Shown here: positions 46,514 through 60,794 of the stretch, piece by piece
Position numbering within the stretch: position 1 is the first letter of the stretch
How the letters are laid out: every line of letters begins with the position of its first letter
Source of the DNA: Magallana gigas
Taxonomy: Eukaryota
Length of the DNA: 64,000 bases
Reading direction: 5' to 3'
Assembly: GCF_963853765.1 (NCBI RefSeq)
Contig: NC_088856.1
Span: 16,988,001-17,052,000, forward strand
Translations under genes and position numbers: made by a program
The notes under the pieces: model-generated
Databases searched by the model: none
What the model was told of the DNA's origin: nothing
The model's input: the letters and a program-made list of their open reading frames with translations, nothing else

Positions 46514-48156
46514 TGGTAATAAATAAGTGACGTCAGGCGACGTAATGATGAATATTATTACCTGTTTCTGGTGTCACAATCTGCGATGCTACCTGGCATT
46601 TCTGAAGAGAAATTTCAACAATTTCAAAACTTAAGATATATACGTTTTTATAACTCAGTGTATACGAACGTTGAATGATGGTGCACATTATCATCTGGTG
46701 CGAACTAAATACGCAATGTTAACCTTCTCATTATCACCGTATCAAATATGCATAAAGATAAATGTAGAGTGGAAATATTCCTGGCATTCTTACTTAGCTT
46801 ATGTCAGAAGCAAATAAATGTCTCGGGAAGCAGCGTTATTTATAAAATATAGGGAAAAAAGAAAATCTACGCTAGCGGTTTATTGCGTGAACATGGAGTA
46901 CTATGGAGATTCATTAATAATTCTTATGTTTAGACGTCGTAATGATATGGCCTTTTTAAAATAGAATAATTTCTATTTTAGCATTTAGTTTTGAGTCATC
47001 AATGCTTCTTATATATCTACAATGACAACATAGGAGATCTAATAATACCACAAACGCTACTATTTTAAAATGACAGTATATATATATCATTTCTAGTAAT
47101 CTAAAGCATCTAAATACAATGCATTGACAACATACAAAGGTTCTTATAATACTACATCTGAAAAGTTTGTGACCTGGAATATCTTTATTTGACTTCCTTG
47201 TCGTTTTGTTTTACATCTTTATGACGCTGCTTTTTTATAAACTCGCATTCGAATTAATAGACAATGCCATGTTTTTCGCCGTATTGTAAAATTATAAGTG
47301 AAGTACTTGATATATTAGCGCTGTGTTATATATTGAGTAGGAGAGACGTTTCGGTATTATTCGGAATAACGACTCGAATACTACTCCATTCTCATTACTT
47401 GGTGAACGTTGTTTCCCAATTAATTCCTTTCTGCATTTGTTCCAATTCTCCATTTTCAAAATAAATCTCTAAATTCGCGAATCTGTGTATAACGTAAATA
47501 ATGGATGATTACATGTTGTGTATGGATGTGCGGGTAGAGGCGATAATGGCTGATTTACAAGATAAGGAAATGTCATCGAACTCGCCATAATATTGCATCA
47601 CCACGTGATCAATAGAACAACTAGCATGGCGGGGGTTACATGGAAGGGAAATAGATTATTTACGACTGTCATTTAGTAAACAAATTCCCAGAGAGCTTTT
47701 ACACACACCCCAATACTTCTCCATCCCCATTAAGAAGGAAATATATGCAATCAATTACACTGTAAGTATGTGGTAAGTGTACAGATAATTTCAAATGCCC
47801 TTATTGATATTTCAATTAAGATGGAGGGAATTGCTGGATGTGACGTCCTTGAATACTAATAAACACAAATGAACAGAAATTGTTCGTCAGAAGGAATTCT
47901 ACCAATGCATTTTTAAAGGGGCAATTTTGCAAACGACCCTGTTTAAGATTTCCCTCGATGGATTCAACTGGTACATGGGGGGGGGGGGGGGGGGGGGGGG
48001 GGCAACAACATAGAATCGACACTAACATGTATATTCATATAAATAAGACAAATATGTTATTGTTTGCTTGTTTTAACAAAATAAAACTCTATTTATAGTC
48101 TTAATTTCTTTCTTTTCTGAGCATATTTCCTTGTAGTCAATGGAATAAATTTATTT

Positions 48157-48303
48157 AAGAAATAAGGAATCCTTTTTAGTATCATGATGTGATCATATGC
48201 GGGCGGGTGTGAACAAATCCAATAAAGCCCAATGGGCTCTATTATAGATTTGATTGTGTTTGATCACCTCATGATATTCAAAGTATGATTCCTTTTTACT
48301 TAT
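48157..48303. mobile_element. Family C foldback element
   Basis: TAAGAAATAAGGAATC...GATTCCTTTTTACTTA termini; matches 12884-13005 in the opposite orientation. Confidence 0.7.
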
Positions 48304-50640
48304 ATTTATATAATTTTCAGAAAATGTACGATTAAATATTAAAATAATCATTGATGAAATTAATGGGATTATACATTACAAAATCGATTTATAGTGTTAC
48401 CACAGACAAAGACACAGGAAAATGTAAATAGTGTTGGATCAAATAAAAATCCGTGAATAAAATTGATGCGTTACTGACCTATCAAAAATCCCAAAGTTTG
48501 CCAGAGACCCTCCTCCTGATGGCGGCTATTTCTGTTCCTCACGCTGCCTCCAATATACAACAGATTCTACACTTCAGTTTCTTTGATTGTTCAATTAGAA
48601 ACAAGCTTTGTATCTTGTAAATTCTTCACGAGGTCTTGACCCTTATTATGCAATAGTAGGAAGATAATGATGCAGAAAATAGTCAGGTTTTTTTAGCTAC
48701 ACAGATTAGTTTTATTCAGATATTTCCCCCCAATGTACACATTAAATAGAATATTTTACCTTTTAAACAGTTTATACATCCAGTTAAATTTTAAATGTGA
48801 TTCAAGTAAAGAAAATGATTAAAGAAGTTTCATAGATTAACAAAAACTAGTTGTACCTCTAGTTAATTTCCAGTGTTAATCAAGATATATATTTTTTCCT
48901 CAATAATTTTAAGTTCTATTCTTTTATCAAACATATTTTTTAAATCAACAGAAACGGCAATAAAATTAATCAGAATAAAAGAGGAATGTGTATAATCGTA
49001 TCAAAATTGTTAATGTAATGTTTTACAATTTCAAATTATTGAAAACTTTGTAGAATTTTCAAAAATAAATGAACGCATAAGTTTTGCAACCCGATGTAGA
49101 AAAAATATGATATCAATGCTACAAATATCTTTGACAGAGTGATATGCTGGTATTCAATTCAAAAAATTTCGGAATGTTTTATGTACCAGTAGAAAATTTT
49201 TTTTTGTATCTTTTGAAACCTAGTATTTATGATCAGAAAACTCGCCACTTGTTTTAAGCGATACTCTGGTGGGATTTTAAAATGAACATACGGGAAACCC
49301 GTATTGGGTTAGTCAATGAAACAGGGGAAGAAATAGACAGTATTACAATCTGAAGCTGCTTAAAAAAGTCCAAGATAACGCATTTGGATGCGATGGTTAA
49401 CCAGCCTTGAGACTTAATCATTACTAAATACTTCAAATAATTAAACTATAACTCAGATCAGCTATCGATTTTTGGAAATAGTTTTCATTTTTCGTATCAC
49501 CAGTGCACTTTTAATCTTCAACGAAATATATATAGATCTATAGATGTGTGTGGAAACTTCCAGGTTTCCATGAGAAATTATTGAAGAGAAAATTATACAG
49601 TTGAAAATATTGGTTACTCGAAGTAGTTTTTGGCCGTCAATGTAAAACAACTCCAAAGTTAGCAATAATTTAACGAATAGAGAATTAATATCAATAGGTA
49701 ATAAAACATTGATATTAATTAATTAGAGTCGGTTACAAGTGAAACCAAGGCTGTCACAACGACACAAAAAACTGACAAAGGGTCCTATGTTACTGCTGAC
49801 ATCGACATGAATTGAACTGTCAGGGGTCATGTTAGGGGTCGTTCACCTAAATTTATAGAGCTTTGATATTTTTTTTAGCTTTATGACAACTGTAATAGAA
49901 ACATGTTACAATCTGAACGTCAAACGAAACATTCAGGTTCCATATATAATGAAGTAAACAAAAAAGTATAAAGAAAGAACACATTTATTGATTTGTAACA
50001 TGCTGGTAACATGCAAAGACAATTGCGGAAAACAAGAAATTTCTAATTGATATGAAAAAAAAATCCGTTATATATTTGCAGAGCAAACTTAGATAAAGAT
50101 ATACATTTCCTTGATTATTTATTGTCAGATGGACAAAGTTAAAAGCTTGGAATATAATACTAACAAGTTATTGAGAACAATTCATGCACAATACTAAAAG
50201 CTGATTACAATGATACAATTAAGTGTGAAATTAATTGGAATTCAAGGAAATATTTGACTTGCTGGGCGCTGGGAGTAATAAACTACCAGTATATTAGACG
50301 GTGTCGATATCAATATATTGCCGTTCCCGTGATACTTGGGAAATCATTTCGTTTCATCTCTGGATGGTCAAGCAAGCCCAGAGGGGAAGGCAGCGATTTG
50401 TTTCTTATTTATCACAGACTTATTTCATAAACCACGAGAGAAAGAGAGAGTGATACTCGCGCAGATATTTAACTTGAAGGATGTATGTAAATTTTTTGAA
50501 TGAATTGTAAATTTGTAAAACCGCCGTATGTTTTATAATTCTGCAGAGCCATATTAAGAGCTGGAGGTGTGGCCTCGCTGTTTCATTGATGAAGAGGAGT
50601 GACGAACCGTTTTTAACATTGCAGGAATTCTTCAAACGTG

Positions 50641-50647
50641 TATAAAA
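50641..50647 (+). promoter_or_regulatory. TATA box of the defensin-domain serine protease gene
   Basis: TATAAAA 112 bp upstream of the ATG at 50753. Confidence 0.45.
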
Positions 50648-50752
50648 ATTGGGTTTTAATTGTAATTAAGTCTGTGTTTATTTGTTTGAAGAAGAAGGAA
50701 GAAGAAGTTTATTGACTTGAAAATTTTTACCGTTTATTTCTTTGCTGCAAAC

Positions 50753-53700
50753 ATGATTCAGACTGAAGTTACTCTATTCTTCACTTTAATCACCTCTGGT
50801 AAGTAAAAATTATTTGCATAAGCAATTATTTCCTTTCACGATAAACTTTTTGCATGGATATTATTTTGCTTTATTTGGAGCAAATCAGTTTCACTAGATT
50901 CTAAAACTCTTTTTATTGGGATTTTATTTCAAAATATTCTTACGTATATTTCTGTTTTTAAAAAAAAAGATAAAAAGAAGGGCTCTTATGGTAGATGATG
51001 GAGTTACTTTACAGATTTAAAGTTATTCTACTTTCATATCAACTGTTTCAGAGTTTTGTTTCCCATTATAAACGATTATTAATGCTATTATACAGAAAGA
51101 AAATCACTCGAAAAGCCAAAAGGTGCAAACAAAGGAAAACCAATGTTAATGTTATTATTTTCGTTGACCCCCTCATTTACTTATAAAACAAAACCATTGG
51201 CTCAATATATATTACCTTGTTAACAATGTCAGTCAACTTACGAACAATTGTTGACCTTTTGCAAAAACCTTGCTGATGTCCTAAATATCGCATCCTGCTA
51301 AAAAAAATTTTCTTGGTCTACAATGCTAATTGTCAGACTTTTATTTTCTCGTCAAAGCAATTTTGTTGAAGCCTAGGGGCCAACTTGAGACTTTTTAGAA
51401 TGCTCAAGAGAACTGTTGTCTGATTTTTATACTATATCAGTAATATCAGCAACGTGAATTTTTAAGCTGCATCGGGTTGATTTCTTTTTGAAAATTTTTA
51501 TTTTCAAAAAGACTACATTTACAACTTTCATTTATCTTGACGTTTTTATTAATTTAAATATTCTCCTTTTTGAAGCACGGCGTTATTTTTCTAATACCAT
51601 GATTGTAAGAAATTAATTCTTTGAAGAGAAAAAATTAAAGCAGTGGTTTATCAAACTTGATAAAAGTTGTCACCTGAACAATGTAAAACAACATGTTCGA
51701 CATCACGTTGGAGGAAACATGTTTTTTTAATTTGTATCATTTGTATTTCATTATCACCGGTAAGCTTGCGGTCTCTGATTACCGTAGTTTACCTTGAAAC
51801 AATGCAATGTGAGCTTGGATTGTCAAGTTCGTAAAATCAATGAATTGTAAGCTAGTAACAGTGGGAGGAAATGACGTCATTGTGTAGTTTATTCCTATAG
51901 AAGTGTCTTCTTGCTTTAGTTAGTAAACAGCATATTAGTATTTTTAAAATTTTGTCAATTTCAATTTGAAAATATATTGCATCAAATTTTGAATTTTAAA
52001 ACTTCCATTTAACAAATTTATTGTTAAAACTTTGCTAATCAATGAAAGTAACATTTGAACATAGCGTCATTTAATGTTGAAAAAAGTATACTTGTAATTA
52101 ATTAATTAATTTCGTCGCAAGTTGATTCTGCCATTTAGAATAAGAGTCGTACAATAATTAAATGATATCTATAATTCGTGATTCATAACATTACACTGGA
52201 ATTGTGACATGCAATGAATTTTTTATGCAAATATGTAAGAAAATCATAATTTTATCAAACCAAAAATAATCACTGTATTAAATCCTTTTTATAATTGTAT
52301 ATTTGGTCAAAATAGTTCTAATTCGGGAAATCGGCAAAACGAATAAAACAACGTTAGATTAGCATTAATAATAATTATCATAAGAACTTTTAGAACCTTT
52401 TGATATTGCTTGAATAATTATACGATCTAAAGATTTCGATGCAAGGGGAAATGACAATGGGCCAATACATAAATAGACATTCGAGGCGACTTAAGATTAG
52501 ATACAGTATATAGAATAATGAATTTCAAATTCATCTACGAATCTTGTTTTTGCAAACCGCAGTTTTCATTTTTATAAATAACCCATTACGGATTGTGAGC
52601 AGTATAATTATCTTTAATGCAATTCGAAAAAAAAATTAAGCGAAGCGTTAGTCATAATACTTTCAAACCTCACGACAAAACATGGTAATTTTCCCTATAT
52701 TTATTTAATTACCAATCTTAAAATGTAATTGAAATACAAATTTTTCACGCTCATCGTGAATAATATAAATTTTAGGGGAAATACCATCATTCGTGAAAAG
52801 TACAATTAGGCTATATCATAAAATAATTTTACGGCTCGACTTATTACATAAATAGTGACGTCGCTTATCAGTTAGACATACTGCGCATTCTCGCGATGTC
52901 ATAATAATTACCAAATAAAAAAAAAAGGTAGAAGCTTCGGCAATTTACGTGTTAAAAAACGTGTGCTTCGATAGCTTCGATTTTATCGGGAAATCCCAAG
53001 GTCAGTCCACATCTGTGGGCTCCTATGGCGGATATTTTGGTGGTCTTATCACTCTATCTGATTAAGAACGATAGATAGGCTATTTTTGTTGCATTCCGAG
53101 GAAGAATTGTGCATATAGCGAATAATTGGGATTCTTGAGTGAGGTGTCTCATCATATTGAAATCTTACTGTACATGTACTAACGTACATATGCTAGTATA
53201 GGGTGTAAACATCTTCTACATGGACTTACTTATAAATATGTAACAACTAAATCAAGAGGCTGCTAAAAGCAATATTTAAAAAACCAAATGAAAAAAAACC
53301 CAATATATATCTCGGAATACATCGTCGGGTACCACGGGTGATCGCGTCTTTTATTTATCATATTATGCTCAGAATAAGGAAATTTACTTAAAACAAAAAT
53401 ACTGCAATGATTAAAAAATATATATTATAAACATGCACTCTAATGATATCTGTAATTAACAAGAATTTGAATAAAAAAAATACACATTTAAACAATTAAT
53501 TTCATTGCTAAAATATTTAAGAGACATTGCCACTGTATATTGTTTAAAATTAACCAATTGCAAACTGACAAAGCTAGGGTATCTTACAACATCCCTTGGC
53601 CTTTCTAAATAGAATAATCGAAAACACACCTGAATAGCGTATCGAAGCACGGGATTCTCTTTACCAATTAGCCAATTCACTACAAGAAGAGTTATTTTGG

Positions 53701-56700
53701 GCACTGTCTGTTTCTGGAACATTTTCTGAATGAAATTCCAGAGAAGATTGGTTCTCATGATAGCGCGGGGTGTAGGAGGCCTGGGAGAGAATGAAACTCG
53801 AGCAAATGAAGAGCAAATTGATTCCCTCGTAAAACACAACATTTGTGGCTCAAATTTTCATCGATATGATAAGATAACGCCAAGGAGTCCTTTTTTTTTC
53901 TTCAAACAAACCGTCTACTGTTTATTAAGCGCGAAATGATACGACGGCTAAATAGCAATCACTTATTCCAAGAATTTCATACCAATCTAAGTTCGCATTG
54001 CCTTTCAAATTAACTTTGGTAACTTTAAAATTTCTTGTTAAGAATTAATTTTTACACAGTAGACTGAAGCCGAATAACGATGGCTTTCATACTAAAAAAA
54101 TGAGTGTTGCAGAAAATCTTATAAGAAGTCATATTTAACAAAATACAAAAAAGTTGAAATAATTGTTATTTTCACTTTCAGTGCTTTCTGCGACAATAAG
54201 GACAGAGATATGTCACTATTTACGAGGATCGTGCGACACAACGTGCGAGTTTGAATACATACACAAATGGGGCATACCACTCTGTTCCGGTGTAGGAATG
54301 AAATGCTGCGCACCGGATGATGTTGGTAAGTATAGGGTTAATTGATATCTGGGACCATGTCATTTCTTTAAAGATTTCGTTTTGATGAACTTATAATTTG
54401 CAATAACGATCAGTATTTGTTTTCTGAAGCCTCTATTTTTTAAACCCTTTTTTGAAACTAATTTGAAAGTAAAAAAAAACATGTTTTTTCGTGACAGTAA
54501 CCCAAAGAATGCAATTGTTCTAGCAAATTAAAAAGTACTTATACACTGACTACTGTCACGGTATAGGCAAACATTGTACCATGATATACAGTCTTGTATG
54601 GTCTTCTTTCAGTGCAAATGATGAAGAACCGCAAAACCACCACTACAACCACAACAACTACCACCACCACCACCCCCGCACCGGCGCCACCAATGTATGA
54701 TGTGCTGGTGCTAGACCAGCCCCAGTATATGTCCAACAAGATACCCAGCAGTAAGGGTTCCATTGTTTTCTTGTTTTATCATTTTCACTATCCATAACGA
54801 TTACCGAACATACTTTTTCTTGAAAACTCTTGAAAACAACTAAATAAATAATTGATTAACAAAAAAAATATATTAGGTATTTCGTTTACTAAACCATGTT
54901 TCAACCTTAAAGATAGTTGATCAAATTCTTACCAAGACCAAAATTAGCACTTAAAATCAGAAACTTACTCTCCATGATTCAATGTACTTTCCATTCTAAA
55001 CAAAATTTCAATTTTTCCAGGAAATGATTGCGGCAAACCTTACTTCTCCCATCGAGCCAAGAGAATTGTGGGAGGGACAACGGCTCCCAGGGGGGCATGG
55101 CCCTGGCAAGTGTCCTTCCGCTATATGAGTGGGCTCTATGGTTGTGGAGGCGCCCTCATCAGTGACCGCTGGGTTCTAACCGCTGCCCATTGCTTCAAAG
55201 GGTCAGTTGGCAATCTGGCAATATGATTCTCTTCAGTATTATACAAAGAAAACTGAAATTAGTGTCATTACCATGATAACTTGCATAGCTAGGTCGAATA
55301 TAAAATTTCTAATGACTTTTTTGTTGTTTTTATAGAGAATACAACAGTATCCATAAATGGCGCGTGACTGTTGGAATGCACGACACCAAGGCAAATGAAC
55401 CTTCCAAACTGGACATCCCCATCAGAGCCATAATCAAAGTAAGAATCGATTTGTCCATGTTACAAAATGTAACTGTTATAGGAAAGAAGTGATATATTTT
55501 ATTTACATGTAACTCTTGTCACAGTTTTCGTATTGTTATAATTGGTAATCTTAATTTTTCCCAGCATCCCCTATACATAGCTTATAACGAGGAGGAAGAA
55601 CAGAGGAGCAACCAGAGCACACCCCTCCACAAACGCTACGCCCACGACATCGCCCTGGTGGAGCTAGACAGGAGCGTGGACATCCAATCCCCGTACACAC
55701 GCGCAATATGTCTGCCACCAGTGGGCGACGCCATCTTTGGAAACGACTTCGACAAGAGAGAGCCAGGATCTCCACTCATGCATGACAACACCGTGGATCT
55801 GTTTGACGTGGAGAGAAAGGGGCAGTGCTGGGTGACCGGATGGGGCTACACTGCAGATCAAGGTATCCATCTTTGTTGGTTTATAGTTATTTGGGTTCTT
55901 GATTGGAAGAACGTTGTGTTTTCTTTTACATTTAATCATTGCTTCAATTAAGGATGCTGCTTCATTTGAAAATACCTTATTTTACGTTATTTGGATGCTT
56001 CTTTTAACTTGTTGCTAGCTTATTTAACGTCTTTGAATATTTCTCGAAAATAACATGTCAATGATTTGAATCGATAATCAAAGTTTAAAATAATTTTATA
56101 TTCACTGATACTTATCTAGAAAAATATTTTGAAAGGTTCTTCAAGTGTGAATTCAATAACCGAAGAGTTCTTGATAAAAATTTTCACCCTAAAAATATGT
56201 GTACTCTTACCTTTCCGTTATCTTTTCAAAAATAGTTTGGGGAATCTTTATTTACAGATACATTGTATTTTTTCTTATGATATTTATCAGGAAATGTCAG
56301 AAACTGAGAAAAGAGATAAAAGCCGATAGCTGATTCTAATTTTAAACCATTATCTGTTCAATACACTTTTTGCAACATCCAGATTGTGTATTCAAAGCAA
56401 GAATTTCGTGCTCAATTTAACACCTTATCTGAAAAATAACAACTTTAATCTTTATTGCAGAGGAAACTGATCGCTCACGCTTGCGCCAAGTTCGCGGTGA
56501 CGTCATCAGTAGCACCCAGTGCAAAGAGTTCTGGCAGTCTGAGCTGGAGGAGGACACGTTGTGCTTTGGGGATGGAACTCATGGCCCTTGCAAGGTAAAC
56601 TTGAGAAAAAAATTTTGTCATATTTCTGTATCCCTTGTACAACTTGTCTAGGTTTAAAAGAAAGCCAAATCTTAGGACAAAAAATAATTGTGTCCCACAA

Positions 56701-57024
56701 ATGTACAACAAACTGTAACATCATGTAAAAAATATTTCAAGAAGGTAATTGTTATATTATAATAAAGCAGACTTTTAAGTGGTTAATGCTGCAATTTGAT
56801 GAAGTTGAATTAACTTCTTAATTATTGTCATGATAACAGAAAACTTTTTTTTGTTACAGGGCGATTCAGGTGGGCCCATGTCTTGCAGTTATGACGGCAA
56901 ATATTACATCACAGGTGTCGTTTCATGGGGATCGGAAGACTGCAAACAGAAGGGATACCCGAGTGTATTCACTCGCGTGACGTCATACCTCAATTGGATC
57001 AACAAGCACGTCTCGCGTGGTTAA
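50753..57024 (+). CDS. Secreted S1A serine protease with an N-terminal beta-defensin-like 6-Cys module and a Thr13/Pro linker; 8 exons, ~402 aa
   Basis: Exons 50753-50798, 54182-54325, 54613-54750, 55021-55201, 55336-55438, 55565-55862, 56461-56594, 56860-57024; phases match, 1209 nt. Signal [19 protein letters not shown]; RAKR/IVGG; catalytic triad in TAAHC, HDIAL, GDSGGP. The short first exon is the least certain part. Confidence 0.9.
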
Positions 57025-59437
57025 CGCTACAACTTGCTGACGTAAACAAAATTGAACCCAAGTTTGAAGAATTCCAGGACGACTCAGGGAACACTGTATT
57101 TTTTGTCCAACCAAACCCAATCTATTTATTGTTAAAAAAGAACTGTGATACTCCTAGTCGTTGATTCTCATAGCGTCAATGTTTTGAACAGAAATCCAAG
57201 ACATTGTTACTAAAAATAGTAACAATTTCAAATTACCAATTGCGTGTTTTCGAATGTCACTGTATGCTCTATCTGAGTCTTGTTATGATTTTTTTTTCCT
57301 GTTTGTGTGTCTTTCCTTGACAAAACTTCTCGAATTATATCAAAAAGATGAAGTAGCTCTCTTTAAGCATGTTTAAGGTTTATATTATATTTTTGTATAT
57401 ATATGTTACCTGTGTTGAAATTAACTTAAAATTCCACTCTTGATTCTATATATACTGACAGAATGTGATGGTTAGAAGTGTTGTTTACAAATAAACCTAT
57501 GTCGGTGAGGGTAAAACTGAGTTGTTTTATTTATCTATTCTTGCTCAATTTTCAAATCTTTTACATAGGCCAGGTGTTTGGTTAAAAAAAAGATGGTTAC
57601 ATGGAACTCAAAATTTATTCTAGTGCAATTTTTCAAATCGTTTACATGGGATAGTGGTTTGGCTCCAAAAGATACCTTGAACACATGGACGCTGAATGGT
57701 CAACAAATTCACCATCAGCTCTGTCTTAATCTTTTAAACACAATATGTTGGCCATACCCAAACTTGTTAAAGGTATCCCACTCCTCAACGTTCTTGTATC
57801 AAGAATTTCTTGAGAAGTATATCATTGAAATCTGTAGACAAAATATACTTGAAAAATACAAAGATAATTGGGGGTCAGTGTTCATTCTTCTGAGTTATGG
57901 CCAATTTAATTTGACCTTTTTGCACCTAAAATGCGATTTCAGCCTGGTTAGGATTTTTTGTCAGTATATTGTTTGAGCAAACTTCTTGAAATACCGCTTT
58001 TAATTATGCACAATGGTCACACTGAATAGAGGGATTATGAAAAAAAATTGTACGAAGCAGCACAAATTTTTTGTGACCTTTTTTCAATTAAAAAGACAAT
58101 TTCTATTATAGTTACAATTTGATTTGAAAAAAAAACATTTTGAATATCAAGAATTTATTAAGATTAATCCAGTGTGCCTAGATATGTACTCAGTATCATT
58201 TTGACATAATAAAACATGGGGGTCTGTTATGTCAAATTTTAGATACATGGGTTCAGAAGTAAAATTCTCGTAAAATTTGGCTTTAAAAAATTCACACATT
58301 TTATATTTGCATGATTTTATGCTAAACGTCTATCATTCTCTAAACATTTAGTTTTGTTCAAGTCACACAGGACCTACAAAACATCTCAAAAGCCTATCAA
58401 ATGGTAAAAATGTGAATAATGAATAAAGTATAATAAAGCATATAGAAAAATCATAAAACTGCTTGTTTCTGTCATTTTCGTCTAGAAAACCTTCCGCACG
58501 AGAAAATAGTTCCCCCAAAACTTGTTTGTTTCTTGATATCAAATGGATTTTCTTTATGAATGTTGTGTAATTGTGAACTGATGAACCTTCTGTGAGGATT
58601 AAATTAATAAAATCATATTTATTTAAAATATAATGAACATCTGCGCAATGAAATCTAAACGTAAGGAGTGAGATATCTTAAAGAACACTTTATAATTTTA
58701 ACATTTTAATACAGAGCCCTTCGTCTAAGATAAATGTAAAGCCTAATAAAAATGATTACAACCATCCAGTGCTCTTAAAAATACTTTTCTCCTTTAAATC
58801 CATTCATTACCTTCCAAATGAAAGCTGAATACTATGATACTAGTAAATAACAACACATTGTGTGGAATTAGCAACGACACGCTGCAGCTATTTAATATTT
58901 GGCATATTAAATGTACACACACATAATTATGGCATAAAATTGGATCACATGATTTATTGATTTTAATAAAACAATTCTGAAAATTTAAACTTTCCGCTGT
59001 ACGTGTCGTCCTAAACTGGTATTTAACACCTGAGTAATTCTTTATATAGCCTTGCTAATAAACCGGTTCTTAAGAACCAGGTGACACAAACAGGTATTCG
59101 AATGAAAACCTTATATATCCGGATAATTAATTCATTATTATACCAAGTAGAAATTGATTTCTGTCTAATTCGTCCCTCAAACGAAAGAAATCATATTTCT
59201 CCTTTAAATCCATTCATTACCTTCCAAATGAAAGCTGAATACTATGATACTAGTAAATAACAACACATTGTGTGGAATTAGCAACGACACGCTGCAGCTA
59301 TGTAAATATAAAGAACGGGGAACTAATGCTACTATTAATATAGGATATAATAACGTAATCCAACTTCATATATATTCAGAAAAATCAATACAAAAAAAAA
59401 AATAAAATATAATCAATAAACAACATGATTACAACTA

Positions 59438-60445
59438 TTATAAACCAAGTTCTTTGGAAACACTTAAACGTTCACTAAGCGGATCCTGGACATATCCATC
59501 CTTAGCAGATTCCGAACGCCAACGTCCATGTCTCTTGAATATCCTGTCCGGAATTCCCCTCACTGCCGACGCAGTCGCTCCACCTGACCGCAAACTGTGA
59601 AGTCCATAAACTTTGATGTTATCTACAATTCCTATAAATGCTTCGATGAATAATTCACGAACCCTGGTGTAAGACAGAGGCTTTTCACGATTACGCAACC
59701 GGTAACCACTTCCCGATTTCGAAATAGCACAAAATACATATTCCTCTGAATCGTCTTGAATCCCAGCTAAACGAAGATACAATTCAAAATTAGAAACAGG
59801 ACACATATATGAAAATGTTCTTGCTATAACAACTCTTGTACCGTCTCTGTAGATATCAGTCTTACTAGACTCGATGAATATTTCAATATGATCAGGTAAA
59901 AATTGAATATCAGATCTCTTGATATTTATGAGTTCGCTGCTACGTAAAAATCCAGCGAATGCCAACAAGACCATACAAATGATTCTTTGATTATAAAGAT
60001 TATTACATTCAAACAGTTTCAAATACATACAACGTAAATTTTCAACAGTTATTGGTTCTTTCTTTTGAACAGGTTTTGCCACTATACGTTTCCCACCTTC
60101 CATAATGTTTTTAACAAACTGATTGTCAGTCGGAGAATTGAATCCCACAAGATCATGAGCCCATTTGATTCCATAGAATGCGTCAACAATAGGGGATGGA
60201 GAGTTTGCCCGTTGAACCAAGCATGCTAAATAAATAGATACATGTAAAGGTTTTGAAGGAAATAATTCACTTTCCTCGATTCCTTGTTCTTTTGCCCACT
60301 TCTTAAATCTCAGGAAACTGTTACAATATTTGTTTATAGTTGAATCCGCTCGTGACGCTTGCATAATCCCAGGAAGTGCATACACCTTTTCACGCAACTT
60401 TGAAGGCAACTGAATCAAATCTCTTTCAAATACCTGAAAAAACAA
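59438..60445 (-). CDS. Retroelement tyrosine recombinase (YR)
   Basis: SRADSTINKY core-binding region; catalytic residues in GFLRSSE, HSLRSGGA, KRHGRW..SAKDGY. Confidence 0.95.
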   Translation of the reverse strand: MFFQVFERDLIQLPSKLREKVYALPGIMQASRADSTINKYCNSFLRFKKWAKEQGIEESELFPSKPLHVSIYLACLVQRANSPSPIVDAFYGIKWAHDLVGFNSPTDNQFVKNIMEGGKRIVAKPVQKKEPITVENLRCMYLKLFECNNLYNQRIICMVLLAFAGFLRSSELINIKRSDIQFLPDHIEIFIESSKTDIYRDGTRVVIARTFSYMCPVSNFELYLRLAGIQDDSEEYVFCAISKSGSGYRLRNREKPLSYTRVRELFIEAFIGIVDNIKVYGLHSLRSGGATASAVRGIPDRIFKRHGRWRSESAKDGYVQDPLSERLSVSKELGL

Positions 60446-60794
60446 ATTTGTAAAGGAACACCAATAAATATTTTTTCGCTTTGAAATTATCTACCGGATA
60501 TGTATAAAAATACATATACTTATATCTACATATCAGCTTAATTAAGATATTCAGCACATTTTCTTCAGAAATGAAGATATCAGTTTGATAAAAAACCAAA
60601 CTTGCCAAATGGCAAACCACAAATGTGGTGAAAGAAACTTCAGTAAATCCATAGTGATAAAATATTTATCTCTATTACAACATAGCGCAAATTGCCTGAT
60701 ATTTCTCATACAAGTTTATGGGAAATAATTCCCAATTAATCAATAAATTTGTTTATTTTGAAGAATTTAAAACTGCCAAAAAACAATTTTGAAA

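Noticed and set aside
47978-48002. Poly-G and poly-C runs here and at 23308, 23388 and 41898 as G-quadruplex regulators
   Set aside because: Mostly parts of a common MITE family, and homopolymer lengths are unreliable in assemblies.
59186-59200. AGAAAT-CAT-ATTTCT inverted repeat at the B1/A2 junction as the recombinase site
   Set aside because: Arms are only 6 bp in AT-rich DNA and the deduced crossover (59196) is off-centre; not distinguishable from chance.
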